From contig CAUYUJ010000226.1 of assembly GCA_963575745.1 (NCBI GenBank), positions 496,001 through 560,000 of the forward strand: 64,000 nucleotides of DNA, read 5' to 3'. Origin of the DNA: Prorocentrum cordatum. Lineage: Eukaryota. The translations under genes and the position numbers were made by a program. Position 1 is the first letter of the stretch. The number at the start of each line of letters is the position of its first letter. Positions 36,149 through 49,467 of this stretch are shown here, piece after piece. The notes under the pieces were generated by a model that was not told where the DNA came from, did no database searches, and worked only from the letters and a program-made list of their open reading frames with translations.

Positions 36149-39100
36149 TTGGGAGCTCCTCCACATAAGGTACCACGGCTACTACCTGAACGCGTTCACT
36201 CCCCTGATGGTCAACTGGTTGATGGCTCGTCTGGCACAGCCACTGCCTCAGCCTCCTTGCCTGATGGGGCTCCTGTAGCTCCTCGGGTGGATGTCGACAT
36301 GCCCCGCTTGCAACGTCCTGAACGTTCACGCAGCCCGCGTCTTCATCCTGCTCAACAGCCTGGTGTTCAACAGCCTGGTGTTCACCAGCCTGGTGTTCCA
36401 CAGCATGGTGGTGAACACCACTCTGGCGACCGTGATAGTGGTAGCCCTGCTGTGGATGCTCCTGTTGTTGCTGAGGATCCAACGGTCGCAGCCGATGGCA
36501 CCCCTGAGGTGCCACGGCGGGGTCAGCGTATGCCCTGCCAACGCGACATCGTCACGGTCAACTCGAGCTCTCACGGCCCGCTTATGGGCTTCCTCTCGCA
36601 CTTCCAGGGCGTCGCCGTCATGGGCCAAGAGACTCGGGTGATTGAAGGCCGAGTTGGTGCTATTCAACATCAGGCTTTGGACCTCGGCTGGCATGGGCTA
36701 TGGGCCCCTGCGTTACCGACGATTGGCACGTCCGACTCTGCCAACACGTCGGGCGTGTGCGTGCTCGTCCCCACCCACATTGGGATCACTGCGCCGCCTG
36801 GGAAAGGCGGCCACATTCTCTACCCTGGTCGCGCGGTGGCTGCACATGTTCACTGGGGCGTACCTGGTGGGCTCATTCTCGTTAGCGTGTACTTGGTTCA
36901 GGGCCTCGGCGTGGCTGATGAGAACATCAAGATCCTGTGGGAGCTCGCCCAGCGGATCGCTGAGTGGAATGCCATGGGCATCGACTGGGTTCTGGGTGGT
37001 GACTGGAACTCTGGCATCGAAACCGTCAATGTTCGGGGCTGGATCGAAGCGTTGGCAGGGATCTCATTGGTCCCTCCAACTCCGACCTGCTACACTGACA
37101 ACGGCAACACCACCATCGACTACTTCATCTTGACCTCGAACCTGGTCTCCCGCATTCACGCCCAGGCGATGGTTCGATGGGATTGCAAGACCATTCCCAA
37201 GCCGCACTACCCTGTGCAGCTTACCCTTCACGGGCATGATCGGCCTCGGTGGTGCTGGGTCCCCGATGAACCCCAACCGCTGCCGGCTGCACTTAAGGTG
37301 GGATGCGCTCGTTTTCCCTATCCCTGGCATTGCCTTCGTGCATTTTTCGACCATGCTGAACGAGTCCAAGAGGGGATGATGCACGATGGGAGAGGTGGTC
37401 AGTCCACCTCCCCACCACAGTACTACGCTGATCAGGCCTCCCGACGGACCTCCTCGGCTTCACCTCCGCCCCTGTCTCCTCTGCTGGTGCTACGGGACGT
37501 TGTCCTTCAAGGTATTGACTATGTGTTGGCGGGCAGGCACGACCTTACGCAGTCTGATGCCACTCCTTTTGTCGGACGCCACGGACCTCCACAGTTCAAA
37601 TGGCGCACGATGAAGTGGAGGCCCCCACGCAAACGCCAAACATGGGATCAGCGTGCCCACGACTGGGCCACCATCAAGCGCTGGGTCCAGCACCTGCGCT
37701 CGGAGCGGTCTCGACTTGATCGCTATGCCCTGCGGCTCCAGGCGATGGAGGACTTGGGCATGGCGCAGGTTCCCCACTACCAGAAGGTGGCGCAGGTCAG
37801 GCTGCAGGTGGAGCAGGTCTGCCGTCAGATCCTTAAGCATGACACGATCATTGATCGACTTGACCCCAGCCAGCTGGCCTTCTTCCGCGAGGGCGCGGAT
37901 GGCTTTGGCTCCGACCACTTCGATGACATGGCGGACGCTATTGAGGGACATGCCCAGGCCATCCTGTTGCAGGCCCAGTCCCAGGTCCGCTGCGTCTGGC
38001 TCCAGTGGGCACGCGGCGCCTTTCTTGGAGGAGCGAGCATGGCACGCGTTACCTCCAAGGCACGGGCTGCCCAGGAGGTATCAGAGCATCGTGATGACGT
38101 TCAGCCACATGTGCTTGCCAACCAGGTCCTCGACGGCTGGATTGACATCTGGGAGCGACATGGGTCGATGGAGCTTCAAAAGCCCCACGACGCGGATACT
38201 TGGGATAGTCTGCCTCCCATTGGAGTGGATGTGCTCCGTGCAGCTATCCGCTCGTTCTCATTGACAACGGCGGTGGGCCCTGACCGATTGGCTCCACGAC
38301 AATTTGATCAACTGAGCGATGCTGCGCTGCGGGCGCTCGCGCGTATGTTCATGCTGTTCGAGGACTGCCTCCTTTGGCCTGATGGTCGCATCCTCAGCGA
38401 GCTCGTCAGATTACCTAAGCCAGAAGGGGGGCACCGACTGATTGTGCTCAGCTCCACGGTCATACGGGTCTGGGCAAAGGCGCGGCAGCCCCTTTCAGCG
38501 GAGTGGCAGGCGAGGCATCCCTGCGAGGAAATGTGGGGGACCAGAGGGGGCCAGACCTCTTCGGACTCTGCATTCTCCCACAGCCTTGAGCAAGAGGTTG
38601 GCGACCTCCTCGACGAGCACACTGCGACCATCCTGCTGGACATGAGCAAGTGCTTCGAGATGGTCAAGCACGACTCCCTTCTCTTGGAGGCGCGCGAGAT
38701 GGGCTACTCTCTCCGCCTGGCCTGGATGCTGATCCAGCTGTACCGACAGCCACGGTGCATCAGGGCCTATGGGAGCTGGTCCCGACCTTACTCTGCCAGG
38801 CAGGGCATCATTGCAGGCTGTTCGCATGCCACCTACCTGCTCTACCTCCTGATGTACCGTGCCGTTAAGCGGGCTGCCGCGATTGGTCCAACCATGCGGC
38901 CCAGAGCCTTGGTGGACGATGTCGGCCTTCAGATGGTCAGCTCCGATCCAATGGACTTGCTCACCCTGGGCAGCGCTGCCTCCTCGTTTGCCGCTTGGGC
39001 GTTGGAACGTGGCCTCATTCTGAACACCAAGAAGTCGGCGGTGGTCGTGGGATCGGTTCGAACCCGACTCGAGCAGGACCGCCTCCTGCGGCGCAAGAGT

Positions 39101-41926
39101 GGGTGCGTATTGTGGGCACGATCCACGGACGCAGTCAGGAGTTTCCCTCGTGCCAGCCATATGCGCAACCTAGGGCATGAGCTGCATGGGCCCCAGGTTC
39201 GTCGTGCTGTGGCCAAGGCGCGCATGGCCAAGCTACGTGGACGACGTCACCGTTTCCGTGTCCTACAACGTGCGGTGTGTAGGCGCACTACTACGCTGTG
39301 GCTCATTGGTGCTATGCCTGCCTCGGCCCACGGGGCTGGAGTTTCAGTGGTTACCGATGATTGCCTTCGCGAGATGCGTAGGTTCGCGGCTATTCTCAAC
39401 GGAGCCCCTGGCACCTCCAACGTCGGCCTCACCAGCTACCTGATGACTCACTGGGCTGAGCAGTACGACCCTATCTTCGGTGCGACTGTCGACCTTGTGA
39501 TGCGGTGCGCAGGCTGGGCTTGGGATGCTCGAATCTCTCTGGGCCGGCTCTGTCGTGCCTGGCAAGCGCTACAGCACCTCGGTCCCACCAGATGGGATCA
39601 GGTACGGGGCCCCCTCGGCGCTACTCTTCTTACTCTACGGCGCATTGGATGGGGCATGGTCTCTTCCCAGACTCTCCGCGATGATCTGGGACGCCACTAC
39701 GATCTTCTTCATGCGTGCCCCGCCGACCTCAAGCCTTACCTGCTTGAAGGCATCCAGCGCTGGCAGCATGAGCGGCTTCAGCGACACTGGTACACCAGCA
39801 CGGGTGCGCAGTTGTGGCACAGTGGCATGCGCTATGCCATCAAGGGCATCCGCCACCCTTGTCGGCTTGGAGCCCTACAGGCCCATTGGGCCGACAACCT
39901 TCCCATCCCAATACGTCGCGACATGAAGCTTAACCAGCCCATGAGGCCGTGTCGCGCATGTGGTGCTCAGTTGGATAGGCGCACGTGCTGGGGCCATGTC
40001 TTCTACGACTGTCCTGGCCTCTTGGCCGAATGCGATGGGGTGCCAGACACCGCCATGCCATCAGTGGACACAGCCATGCCGCGACACGGACAGACGCCAT
40101 TGGCAGGCGATGGGACGTCAATCGTACCCACGCATTCAGGCAACACCAGTCGGGTCTGTGATGAAGGAGTCCCTGAAGCTCCCCATCGTGCTGTTCACTC
40201 TCTGCCGGCTGGTGGTGGTGCCAGCCCAGGCGCGGCGCGCAGTCCTGACGCCATGGAGGAGGAGTCGTTCTTCCCTGCGGTTGGTGATGCACCCGATGAC
40301 GCCATGGATGACGAGCCTCCACAGGAACCTGGCGACGATGTGAGCATGCAGGATTTTGGGCTGGACTCTGCAACTGCGACTGGCACCCAGAGCGTCGGCG
40401 CCACGATTCGCTCAAAGGACCATGCTTTTCTTGCCATCCCTCCGCGGTTGCTGGAGGTGCGTGAACATCTCCGCGCAGCAGGGCTGGGCAGTGGAACTCC
40501 CAACTACGAGCAGACGTGCCTCGTTTACGGGGCACCCGAACCCCCTGCTTACTTGCCGTCCATGGGCACCGTTGGCAACGAGGTTCTCCACTGGGGCGAT
40601 GCTCAAGGTACTTGGGGGCCCACCTCCTACACGGATGGCTCTGGCTATGACTCGAACATGCCAGAAATTCGTCGATGTGGTCAAGCCGTTGTCCAGCTGG
40701 ATCCTTATTGCTGGATGCCCATTCGGGCCGTGTGCGGCCCTCTCCCGTACATCGTTCAGACGGTGGGGCGTGCTGAACGGTTTGCCATTAAGATGGGACT
40801 CGACATTCATCCCGAACATCGAGAGTTCGTCACGGACCTCAAGAGTTCGGTGAAGGAGGCCGACCAGTGGGGGGCGCCATTGGCCTGCAGCAGGTCCAAG
40901 CATGCGCGCGTATGGCGGGATATCCTCACTGCAGCTCTGGAGCGTTCCTCAGTGGACGCCCCGACGTTCCGATGGACCCCTGCACACCGCTCGGCCGCTG
41001 ACCTGTTGGAGGCGGCCCCGCTGGACATCTGTGACTGGATTGGCAATGCTTAGGCGGACTACTTTGCGAGGTTGGGCGTTGTTCAGCACGCCATGCCCCG
41101 CTCCTTGTCGGACTCGCTCAAGGCAGCCATGAAGCAGCACAGGACGGTGCTCCAGTTGGTCTCTCAAGCCTGCCTGAGGGTTATCCGTTACCAGCGGTTT
41201 GGGCGAGACGACGCCCCAGTGACGCCGCTCAGTCAGCAGATGGTCCCTGTGGTCTTTGGTCGTCCTGAGGATCATGACCTCTGGTTCTGCGCCCAGCGAG
41301 GCCAATGCCGATGTCGCGGGTGTAATGCTACAGCCTCTACCGCGGCGTCCTTGGCGACTCTACGCTCAGGTTCGCGCAGGAAGTGCACTCCCGCGCGGAT
41401 CACACGAGCAATGGCGAAGGTGTTCTTCGAGACGACTCGCCTCTCCTGGACTCCGCTAGCCGATGGGCGAGTTCAGGTGGCCGTCCGCTGTGCCGACCTA
41501 CAACGCGAAGCACAAGAGCCTGGTGTTCACCAGCCTGGTGTTCCACAGCCTGGTGGTGAACACCACTCTGGCGACCGTGATAGTGGTAGCCCGTCTGCCG
41601 ACGCTGACAGTGATCCAATGCAGCAGGCTTTCCGTGAGCTTGGGCATGACACTTTCTTGGCCTACGGCGTCCACTGCTGCAGCAAGTGTGCAGGCATTTG
41701 TGCGCAAGCACGGCCGCACGCTGCGCGGAAGTTGCGAACGTTGTGCGAGGGCTTCTCGGTGAACCCCACGACGAAGCAGGCTCAGACTACCGTCATTGAT
41801 CGTGTTCGTCGTGGCCTTCCTCCTCGACAACGGGGCGGAGCTTCTGCAACAGGGTGTGCCGACACCCTGGGCGACGGAGACGCCAGTCTCCCAGCCCAAA
41901 GGCGCAACCAGGTACCAGATGCCTAG
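36149..41926 (+). CDS. LINE polyprotein: AP endonuclease (~36545-37230), reverse transcriptase (~38270-39180), CCHC knuckle (~39950-40015), RNase H (~40620-41090), C-terminal Cys/His motifs; one in-frame TAG at 41051-41053
   Basis: APE: VTVN, QET, VSVY, GGDWN, TIDYF, PHYPV; RT: GPD, LPKPEGGHRLI, LDMSKCFE, GIIAGCS, LVDD; CRAC..H....C; RNase H: YTDGS, TVGRAE, FVTD, WTPAH, GNA*AD; ORF 41072-41926 is in the same frame. Confidence 0.9.
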
Positions 41927-43460
41927 TGCGCAGTCGGATTGCGTCCCTGGCCTACGCTAACGACTGGAGAAAGATGTACTGGGTCGACGGGGTTGGCTCC
42001 CACGACCTGCCCTGCCTGGTGCTTTGAGCGGGCAGCCTGCCTGCTCTTCTCTCCTCGTCGACGCGGCTGGACGCTTCTGTGTTTTTTCCCGCTTGGCTCG
42101 TCGCCACCGCTGGATCCATCACCTTTCTGTGGTTTGCGGCATAGCCGTCGGCCACTTGCTTCTCTCCCTCCCCTCGGCGGGCGGGCGGCCGCGGCCGCCG
42201 CTGACCGCGCTGGGAGGCGCTGCAAAGCTGCAAAGCTCCTCCCTCGTCCTCCTCCTCCTCCTCCTCCTCCCTCGTCTCGCGACCCATCGGGCGCCAGGGC
42301 TTCGCCGCGGGCACAGCTCGGGGGCGGCCGAGAGGGGGGGGACGGACGAAAGACATCGGCAGCCTCGCGTCGTGTCGACCGGCGGCGACCCCGCCGCCGC
42401 CGTTCCAGAGTGGAGCGCCGCCGTCGACCCAGGATTGGTGGACGTTCCGCGGTGCGACGTCTCGGACGCGGCCGATCGTTCCAGGTGGAATGACCCCGCG
42501 GTGTCGGGAACGGGCGCCGAGGTCGTCACGCTACGAGCCTGCCGTAGGTGTGTGTGTGTGTGTGTGTGTGTCTGTGTGTTGTGTGTGTGTGCGTGTGTGC
42601 GTGTGTGCGTGCGTGTGTGCGTGTGTGCGTATGTGTGTGTGTGTGTGTGCGTGCGTGCGTGCGTGAGTGCGTATGTGTGTGTTGTGTGTGCGTGTTGGGG
42701 GGTATCTTGTCGCTGGAGCGGAGTTCGCCGCTTCGCCGCTGACGAAGAAAGTTGTGTGTTGGGGGGGAGACCTTGGCCGGGGCCGCGCAGGATCTCCCTA
42801 GATCTCATATTTCATGGCGTTTTCTGCTCACTTCGGTGCGTCCCGTGGCCCCCCACCGCTGCGCCGCGCACGTGCCTCCAGCCATGACCTGCCAGCCCCC
42901 TCAGCGGCGGAATCCAAACTCTGCCCTCGCCGATCAAAGGTTTCAAGCAACTCGATGAGCCCAACCCCCGCCCCCCATCGATTCAGGAGAAGCGATGCTT
43001 GGTGGGGGCAATGTGGGTAGACGATTAAAGCAGTATCCCCGCCCCTTCTGCCCCGGGGGGAGCACGTCGCATTGTGTCTGGCATGCGGCTCAAATCTACG
43101 GGCCGGAGCTGTTTCTTGAAACGTCCCCGCCCCCTCACTTCGCCACGTCCTAGCAGAAGCAAGCCCGCATTGCAGATGGTCAGATGGTAGGTGCGGAGGA
43201 AGGCAGGAGGAGGGAGGCGGGACGCCACTTCGGATTGTCAGCCCTCAGGCCATCGTCGTCGTCCTCGTCCTCGTCGTCGTCAGTTTTTCCCAGGAGGACT
43301 GCACTGCGCCTACGCAGCACCCCACCGCCCAACATGCAATCCGCAGCAGTTCGCCATTGTCTGTCGTCGTCGTCCACCATGGACATTGCAAGGCGCACGC
43401 CTACGCAGCCCCCCCCCAAAAAATATGCCATCCGCAGTTCGCCGTCGCCGTCGTCGTCGT

Positions 43461-43507
<47 letters not shown>

Positions 43508-43679
43508 TGCCAGGGTTGAAAGACGCTTACCCGCCACCGTTCCTTCCCCCCCATGTGCATGCCATCCGCAGTTCGCCGTCGTCGTCGTCTTCATCCTCAG
43601 TCGTCGCCCCCCAGGACCGCAAGACGCCTATGCAGCACCTCCCCCATAGGGCATCTGCAGTTTGCCGCCGTCGCCTCCC

Positions 43680-43771
<92 letters not shown>

Positions 43772-44099
43772 CGTCGTCGCCCCCCAGGACTGCAAGGCAC
43801 TTACACAGTATCCCAACCCCACCCATCGGGCCTTTGCAGCTCGCCGTTGTCGTCATCGTCGTCGTCCGCGACTTCGTCCTCGTAGGGAGCCGCAGCCGCC
43901 ACCCCAGCCGCTCCGAATTCTCAGCCCTCGGGCCCCCCCTGGCCTCCCGAAACGGCTCAGGGGCCAACCCGCATTGCCCGCCCCGCCTGCCGGGCGCCTC
44001 GGCTAGCTATGGCGGGGGCCATGGGACCGGCGAAACGATCTGTTCAACGTCCCGGGGCTGAAGGGACGGGGATCAATGCAAACGGGGTCATCCAATGCG

Positions 44100-44230
44100 C
44101 CGGATCTTGCAGGATCATGCAGAGCCAGGGCTGCCATGACCTGGGTCAACGTGCAGGATCCTGCAGGAGACCGCAGGATCTTGCAGGATCCTGCAGGGCC
44201 TGACGGACCCCAGGTTCCCGCTGACCCGGG
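44100..44230. repeat. Dispersed repeat rich in palindromic GCAGGATCCTGCAG units; related copy at ~51170-51285
   Basis: Shared GATCCTGCA..AGCCAGGGCTGC...TGACCCGGG order. Confidence 0.65.
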
Positions 44231-44345
44231 CTGGTGGATCCCCGAGCACCCCCCTTCCAAGTGGTCTTTTAGCCGTGTACCTCCACTGGGGTTCGGATGT
44301 CGCCGCCTACCCCACCTCGTGGACGCGCCCGCATGGGCGCATGGG

Positions 44346-44516
44346 TCGGGGGTGGACAAACCTCCTACCCTGACACGTCGATTAGTGAATTGTCCGTTTT
44401 CGGTTCTCGAGAGGGCGCCACGGCCGTCATTTTCCAGGCTTGCGCCCGCCAGGTTTGTGCCCGAGGTCGTTTTCACTAAACCACGTTTTACTAAAGGGAG
44501 GTCTGTCCATCCCCGA
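44346..44516. mobile_element. MITE family D copy 1 (TIR TCGGGGnTGGACA, 5-bp TSD ATGGG)
   Basis: TCGGGGGTGGACA...TGTCCATCCCCGA; closely similar to 52528-52698. Confidence 0.85.
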
Positions 44517-44773
44517 ATGGGAGTGGCCCTCCTGGTCGCTCACCACCCATGCACCACCCCACCCCAACCCAACGCGAAGGCTTCAGCTTGCCCTCCATTT
44601 CCAGTGGGGGGGGCGTCGGGGAGCATTGAACAACTGCATATGATGAAACACGTACCCCCTCCCGAAATTCGGGTCTTCGGGTTGGGTTGGGGTGGGTCTG
44701 GTAGGTAGTCCGTCGCCTCCCGGCGCAGACCGCGCGCCCCCGCTGCGCGCGCCCCGCCCGCGCGCGCGCGCAG

Positions 44774-44822
44774 GCGCGAGGCCGAGCGGGGCTCGCTGGA
44801 GGCGGAGCTGGAGGCCATGCAG
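44774..44822 (+). CDS. Host gene micro-exon (REAERGSLEAELEAMQ), GC donor
   Basis: GCAG|G acceptor, CAG|GC donor, all codons end in G/C, coiled-coil-like peptide. Confidence 0.7.
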
Positions 44823-45351
44823 GCTGGTTCGCGGGCGCAGCGGCGCAGACGACGACCACCACTTGGGAGCCCTCCAGGGGTCCCGGGTGGCCCAGCACGG
44901 GCTTCCAGCAGTGGCGATTCGTCCTGGCTCGACTATAGAGGCCCGCCAAAGGATGCTCTAAGATCGCAGGCCTAGAGGTTGACGCCAATACCAATATCGG
45001 CGGTGTGCCTCCACCGAGGGAAGAAGATCCCGATCTCGGTGATGATGGTAATATTCTGGCTTCCAAGATAACCGACGGACCGACATATTACCACCAACAC
45101 CGAAATCTAGGAGCATCTTCCCCCTGTGGATGCACCCCCCTGTGTTGGTGTTGGTGCCCCTTTCCAGGCCTTCAATGAGAGCCTTCTGTGGTGTGCACGA
45201 AAGGTTCTCAGAACCTTGCTGGCTGAGACCGTCCTGTTCTAACACGTCGGGCTTTCGTTCTAAGAACGCTGTGCTCCCGTTCTTAGGACAGCTGTGGGTT
45301 CTAGGAACATTTCGTGGTAGGCCTCTGGGATTGCCGGGTCGGTTCGTGGTA

Positions 45352-45516
45352 CACCTTAGGCGATGCTTAAGAAAACTTAAGTTTTCGGCCAGAGTCTCGA
45401 TTATTCTTAACGTTTTAATGTACATCTCAAGATTTTAATAGAACTTCTGGGTTTTTATTCAAGTTCTGAGACTATGAATTTCTTAACCCATGATTTCTTA
45501 AGCATTTCGCAGGGTG
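45352..45516 (+). mobile_element. MITE family A copy 2
   Basis: Same TIRs, TA TSD, preceded by G; removal regenerates TTCGTGGTAGGCCTCT, also present intact at 45311. Confidence 0.85.
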
Positions 45517-46148
45517 TAGGCCTCTATAGGAGCCGGCTGGAGGTCTCGGGTGGCCCAGCAGAGGCTCCGGCGACGAGGCGGAGAGGGGCGCCCTGCTCCC
45601 GGAAGACGGGGGCTCCGTGTTTTCGGCCCCCGGGGGCCGCTCCATTGGGCCCCATGGGCTGTCTCGAGGCGGATCGGGGGTGGAAAGCTGCACCGGCTGG
45701 ACCCCAGGGGGCGTCCAGGAGCCGATTCCGAGCGGAGTTGCTCTCATCCCCGCTGCCAGATCGATTTTCTCGGGGCCCGTCCAACGCAGATCCCCCGGCC
45801 ACCTCCATCCAACTGCCACCATTAGCTAGTTATCACTGCTACGGCCGGCGCTGGAAAGAGGCGTGCGATGCGGCGCCGCTGGCCCGCTTATTGAACACGC
45901 TATCTTCCACCTTGGAGGTCGCGTGCACCGAAAAAGCCCAAGCAGGGGGATGACGTGCATTGAAGTGGCCCGCGCGCTGGTGGATCGCCTCGCAGGGGCA
46001 GCGTGCGTTGCGGAGATCGATGTTGCACGCTGTCTTCCAGATGCCAACCGTACTACTTCGGCCACTACAACTACCATTGCTACCCGTGCGACTGCAAGTA
46101 ATACTACTACTCGTACTCCTACCTCTAAGTACTTGTACTTGTTCATCG

Positions 46149-46348
46149 TGCGGGCAATACTTCTGTCTATATCCACTGCAGTATGGAGTTTCGGGCTCCC
46201 TTCCCAAGAAACCCGAGTGGCACTGGATATGGATAAGTTTGCCCCCTAGAGGCTCGATGTTTATCCATATCCAGTGCGCCTCGGCCTTGTGGCGCCGCTT
46301 CCAAAAAAGTCCAAGAAGCACTGGATATGGACGTGAATATTGCCCGCA
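46149..46348. mobile_element. MITE family E copy 1 (TIR TGCGGGCAATA, internal CACTGGATATGGA inverted repeats, 5-bp TSD)
   Basis: TGCGGGCAATA...TATTGCCCGCA; CATCG/CAACG flanks; inverted copy at 51338-51540. Confidence 0.8.
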
Positions 46349-47654
46349 CAACGTCTACCTTTATTCAATCGCTTCACTCATTCCGCCGGTCCATATTGCC
46401 TGATCGCTACTGCTTCGCCGTGGGCTCGGGGCCACTGTGGCGCCGCCGAGGAAGAGGACGAGGATGAGGATGGGGAGGGGGAGGGGAGGAGGAGGAGAGG
46501 ATGAGAAGGAGAGGAGCAGGATGAAGATAAGTAGGAGGAGGAGGAGGAGGAGGAGGAGGAGGAGGAGGAGGAGGAGGAAGAGGAGGGGGCGGAGGAGGAA
46601 GCCTCCCGTTGGCATCGTGTGTTGCTCTCGAGGCCAAACAGGGTTCAATGTCTGCCTTCCTTTCCGTTCCTGCCGGACTGCTTGCCATTCTGCGCTTACT
46701 GGTGGGTCTGATTAGCAGGTCGCTCCTGCAAAACCAAGGGTACCCTTGTGTCCTGTCTGTCGCGTTCAAGGCCCTCTTAATGGCTGCAGCGAGGACTGCC
46801 CGCGGAAGAGACTCGCGCCCTTCCGGGCTTCCTCTGCCATCTATCGCGACCGCCCTTGTTCTGTTTATTTCCAGGCACTGCCGACGACAACCACCACCGA
46901 GATCTCGCCATGGGGGAGACGGGTCCTGAGGGAAACGAGGCCAGAGGTTAGTCGCTGCTTTTGGTGTCCCAGGGCCCTCCATGAGCCCCAGGACCGTCAG
47001 AGAACGACCTGGGAGGAAGACCTGATTCTGGGGGAAGGCCCCGGGGCCCAGGACCCTTTTCCTCAGGACCCGCTTCCCCTATGCCAGCACCAATATCGGC
47101 AAAACCGCGCGATCAGGCATTCCTCCTCCTCCTCCTCCTCCTCCTCCTCCTCCTCCTCCTCCTCCTCCTCCTCCTCCTCCTCTCCTCCCTCCTCCTCCTC
47201 CTCCTCCTCCTCCGCCTCCTCCTCCTCCTCCTCCTCCTCAGCCACGGACGGCAAGGGCCTCCCGAGTCGCGCCCGATGGCCAGAGCGGCGAGCCCTCCGG
47301 AGCCCCTGCACACCCACGAAGCTGCTCCTACCTATGGTGGCCTCCTGGGGCCCTTTGTGCCCATCATGGGGCCCTCTGGCAGAAAAAGTCGGTAGATTCG
47401 AGAAGTTTGGGTCTGGGCCCCTCAGAGACTCCTCAGGACTGAGGACTTGGGCTCCAGGGAGTAGGCGAAAGACCTGAGGACACGCCCACTCTGTGCCCCA
47501 CGGTGGCAGACTTCTGGGTTGCCATATTCCAATATACATTAGGCGCCTTCCCACTACAAGGATCCGGCAGTCTTTCCTCTTTCCTTCTCTTCAGGGGGCG
47601 GGCAGAAGCGCAATTCACCTTCAACCTGCCTACTTCATGTTTCTACCCACTCCT

Positions 47655-47780
47655 TCCGACCGATGGGCACACGTGAGAGTGACCTTTCGCCGGAGTGACT
47701 TTCGGCGCGCGCCCGTTGGTACCCCCCGATCTCCGAATGAGATGCGATAGCAGCGGTTTGCGCGCTTGGGTTGGGCCGAC
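47655..47780. repeat. Dispersed ~125-bp repeat (GAGTGACC.TTCGCCGGAGTGAC...GATGCG..AG.AGCG..TTGCGCGC); second copy ~59805-59925
   Basis: Colinear similarity between the two loci. Confidence 0.65.
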
Positions 47781-49428
47781 TGAAACTTCCCCCTTGTCAG
47801 CCTCCTTGTCCTTGTCCTCCCTCCTGCTGGGATTGGGAGGCGGTGCGACGGAACTGGGCGGTGTCGGCGACGACGACGCATGACGAGTGACGACAAAGAC
47901 GACGACGACGACGACTAGTGACGAGTGACGACGACGGACGGGTGACGAGCCATGACGACGCCAGCAGATGAGCGACGACTGACGACGACGACGATGACGA
48001 CGATGACGACGGGCGACGAGCGACGAGTGACGAGTGACAGATATCGACCACGACAACGATCACGACGAGCGACGAACAGCAACGATGGCGGCGGCGGCCG
48101 ACGAGGGACGACGGGAGACGGGGACGGAGGACGGCGGATGACGGCGGACGAGGACGACGAACAACGGACAACGACAGGTGGCGACCACGACGCCAGAGAG
48201 GTGCAGGATCTTGGCAGATGCTCACAGTTCGAGCCGCCACGCGCGCGCGCGAGGCTGGGCTGGCTGCTGCTCGAGAGGCGCCGGGGGTGTGGAGGGGGGC
48301 GCCGCAGCCCTTGCTTGCTCAGCCTGCCCGTCAGCATGTGGCAGTCGCGCACGTCGAGAGGTGGTTGTTGACCAGAGGAGGGCGAGGTGAAGCAAGGGTG
48401 ATCGGACTTTGGCGGGGGTGGGAAGGGCTTGTCGCCACGGCTGGGCGCAGCTCGGACAACCGGTACGTTTGCACCCTGCAGGAGGAGCCCGAGGATCGAT
48501 CCGAGCTGCCGCTGGCTCAACTCGCCCTTGTCCAACTGTCGAGTCCATCGCAGTCGATCTGCGCGCGGCAGCTCCTGTGCGGCGGTATCTGTGGTGCCCC
48601 GTGGACCTACAGTCGGGGCCCTGAACAAGGAACCCGTTTCGTTGGGGAGGGGCTCCGCGTTCCTTAAGTGTTTCACAGTTTGCCTCAGGCTTTCCTTATG
48701 TTTTCGACAGGACATCGAAGGTGAACTTATGGAAAAAAGGGGCCTCGTTCCTTATTTAGGATTCCTTAGGTCAGCGCCCCGACTGTAGGTCATAGCGCAA
48801 TAGTTGTTGCTGGTCATGCGCTCCACACGTCAATTAAGCACCCTGCCGCCCATTGTTTCCCGGGCGACAAAACAATATTGTCCGTATCCGCGGCCTGGCG
48901 GGCTGGGCCCATGGGTTCCGACCCCGTTGACGCGGGGCGTTTTTTGTTCGCGGATGCCCCACGCTGAACGCATCCGTGCGACCGCGTATCCGCGGGATCG
49001 CGCCGTGGAAGCCAGAACGCGAGACGCGGATGCGGCTAAGTTCGCCGCTCGTGATTGCAGCCGCGGGAGGCGCTCGTGGATTCCCACGCCACGGCCTCCA
49101 CGGCTTCCAGAGAACCGCTCACGAGGCCCACGGGGGCCCCTGCTCCAAAATGGAGCGAGAATCCACATGTTGTCAAGCGATGGACAAACCACCCCGACCC
49201 TCGTGATCGTTGTGCACTACACGGACCTGGTCGTTCCCTAAACGGCCCGGCCATGCTCCATTCCGTCCCCGGGGTGCATTTGCCAGGCTGCCTCGTTTTG
49301 TCCTGGTGTCGTTCGTCTGAGGGTTGACTTCGGCTCTCTGCCTCGGGCTCGGGGGCACCTCTCGCCACCCCCGGGACGTTGCACTGGGCTCGCGGCGCCT
49401 GGCACGCAGCGCCCTGCTGCCGCGGGAG

Positions 49429-49467
49429 GCGCTCGTGGCCTCCCGGCAGCTCGAGGAGAGCTCGCAG
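49429..49467 (+). CDS. Host gene micro-exon (ALVASRQLEESSQ), GC donor
   Basis: GAG|G acceptor, CAG|GC donor, phase 0/0, all codons end in G/C. Confidence 0.6.

Larger units (their letters stand above)
35812..42237 (+). mobile_element. Non-LTR (LINE-type) retrotransposon with APE-RT-CCHC-RNase H ORF; 5' boundary uncertain
   Basis: Domain motifs in the ORF; 3' UTR ends in GCTGCAAAGCTGCAAAGCT abutting (CCT)n. Confidence 0.9.

Noticed and set aside
36126..41899. Antisense and alternative-frame ORFs overlapping the LINE ORF
   Set aside because: Shadow ORFs expected from GC-rich coding sequence; no motifs
46609..46890. Structured-RNA or rRNA-like look
   Set aside because: No recognisable rRNA/snRNA signature; shares GGGTACCCTTGTGTC with a dispersed repeat
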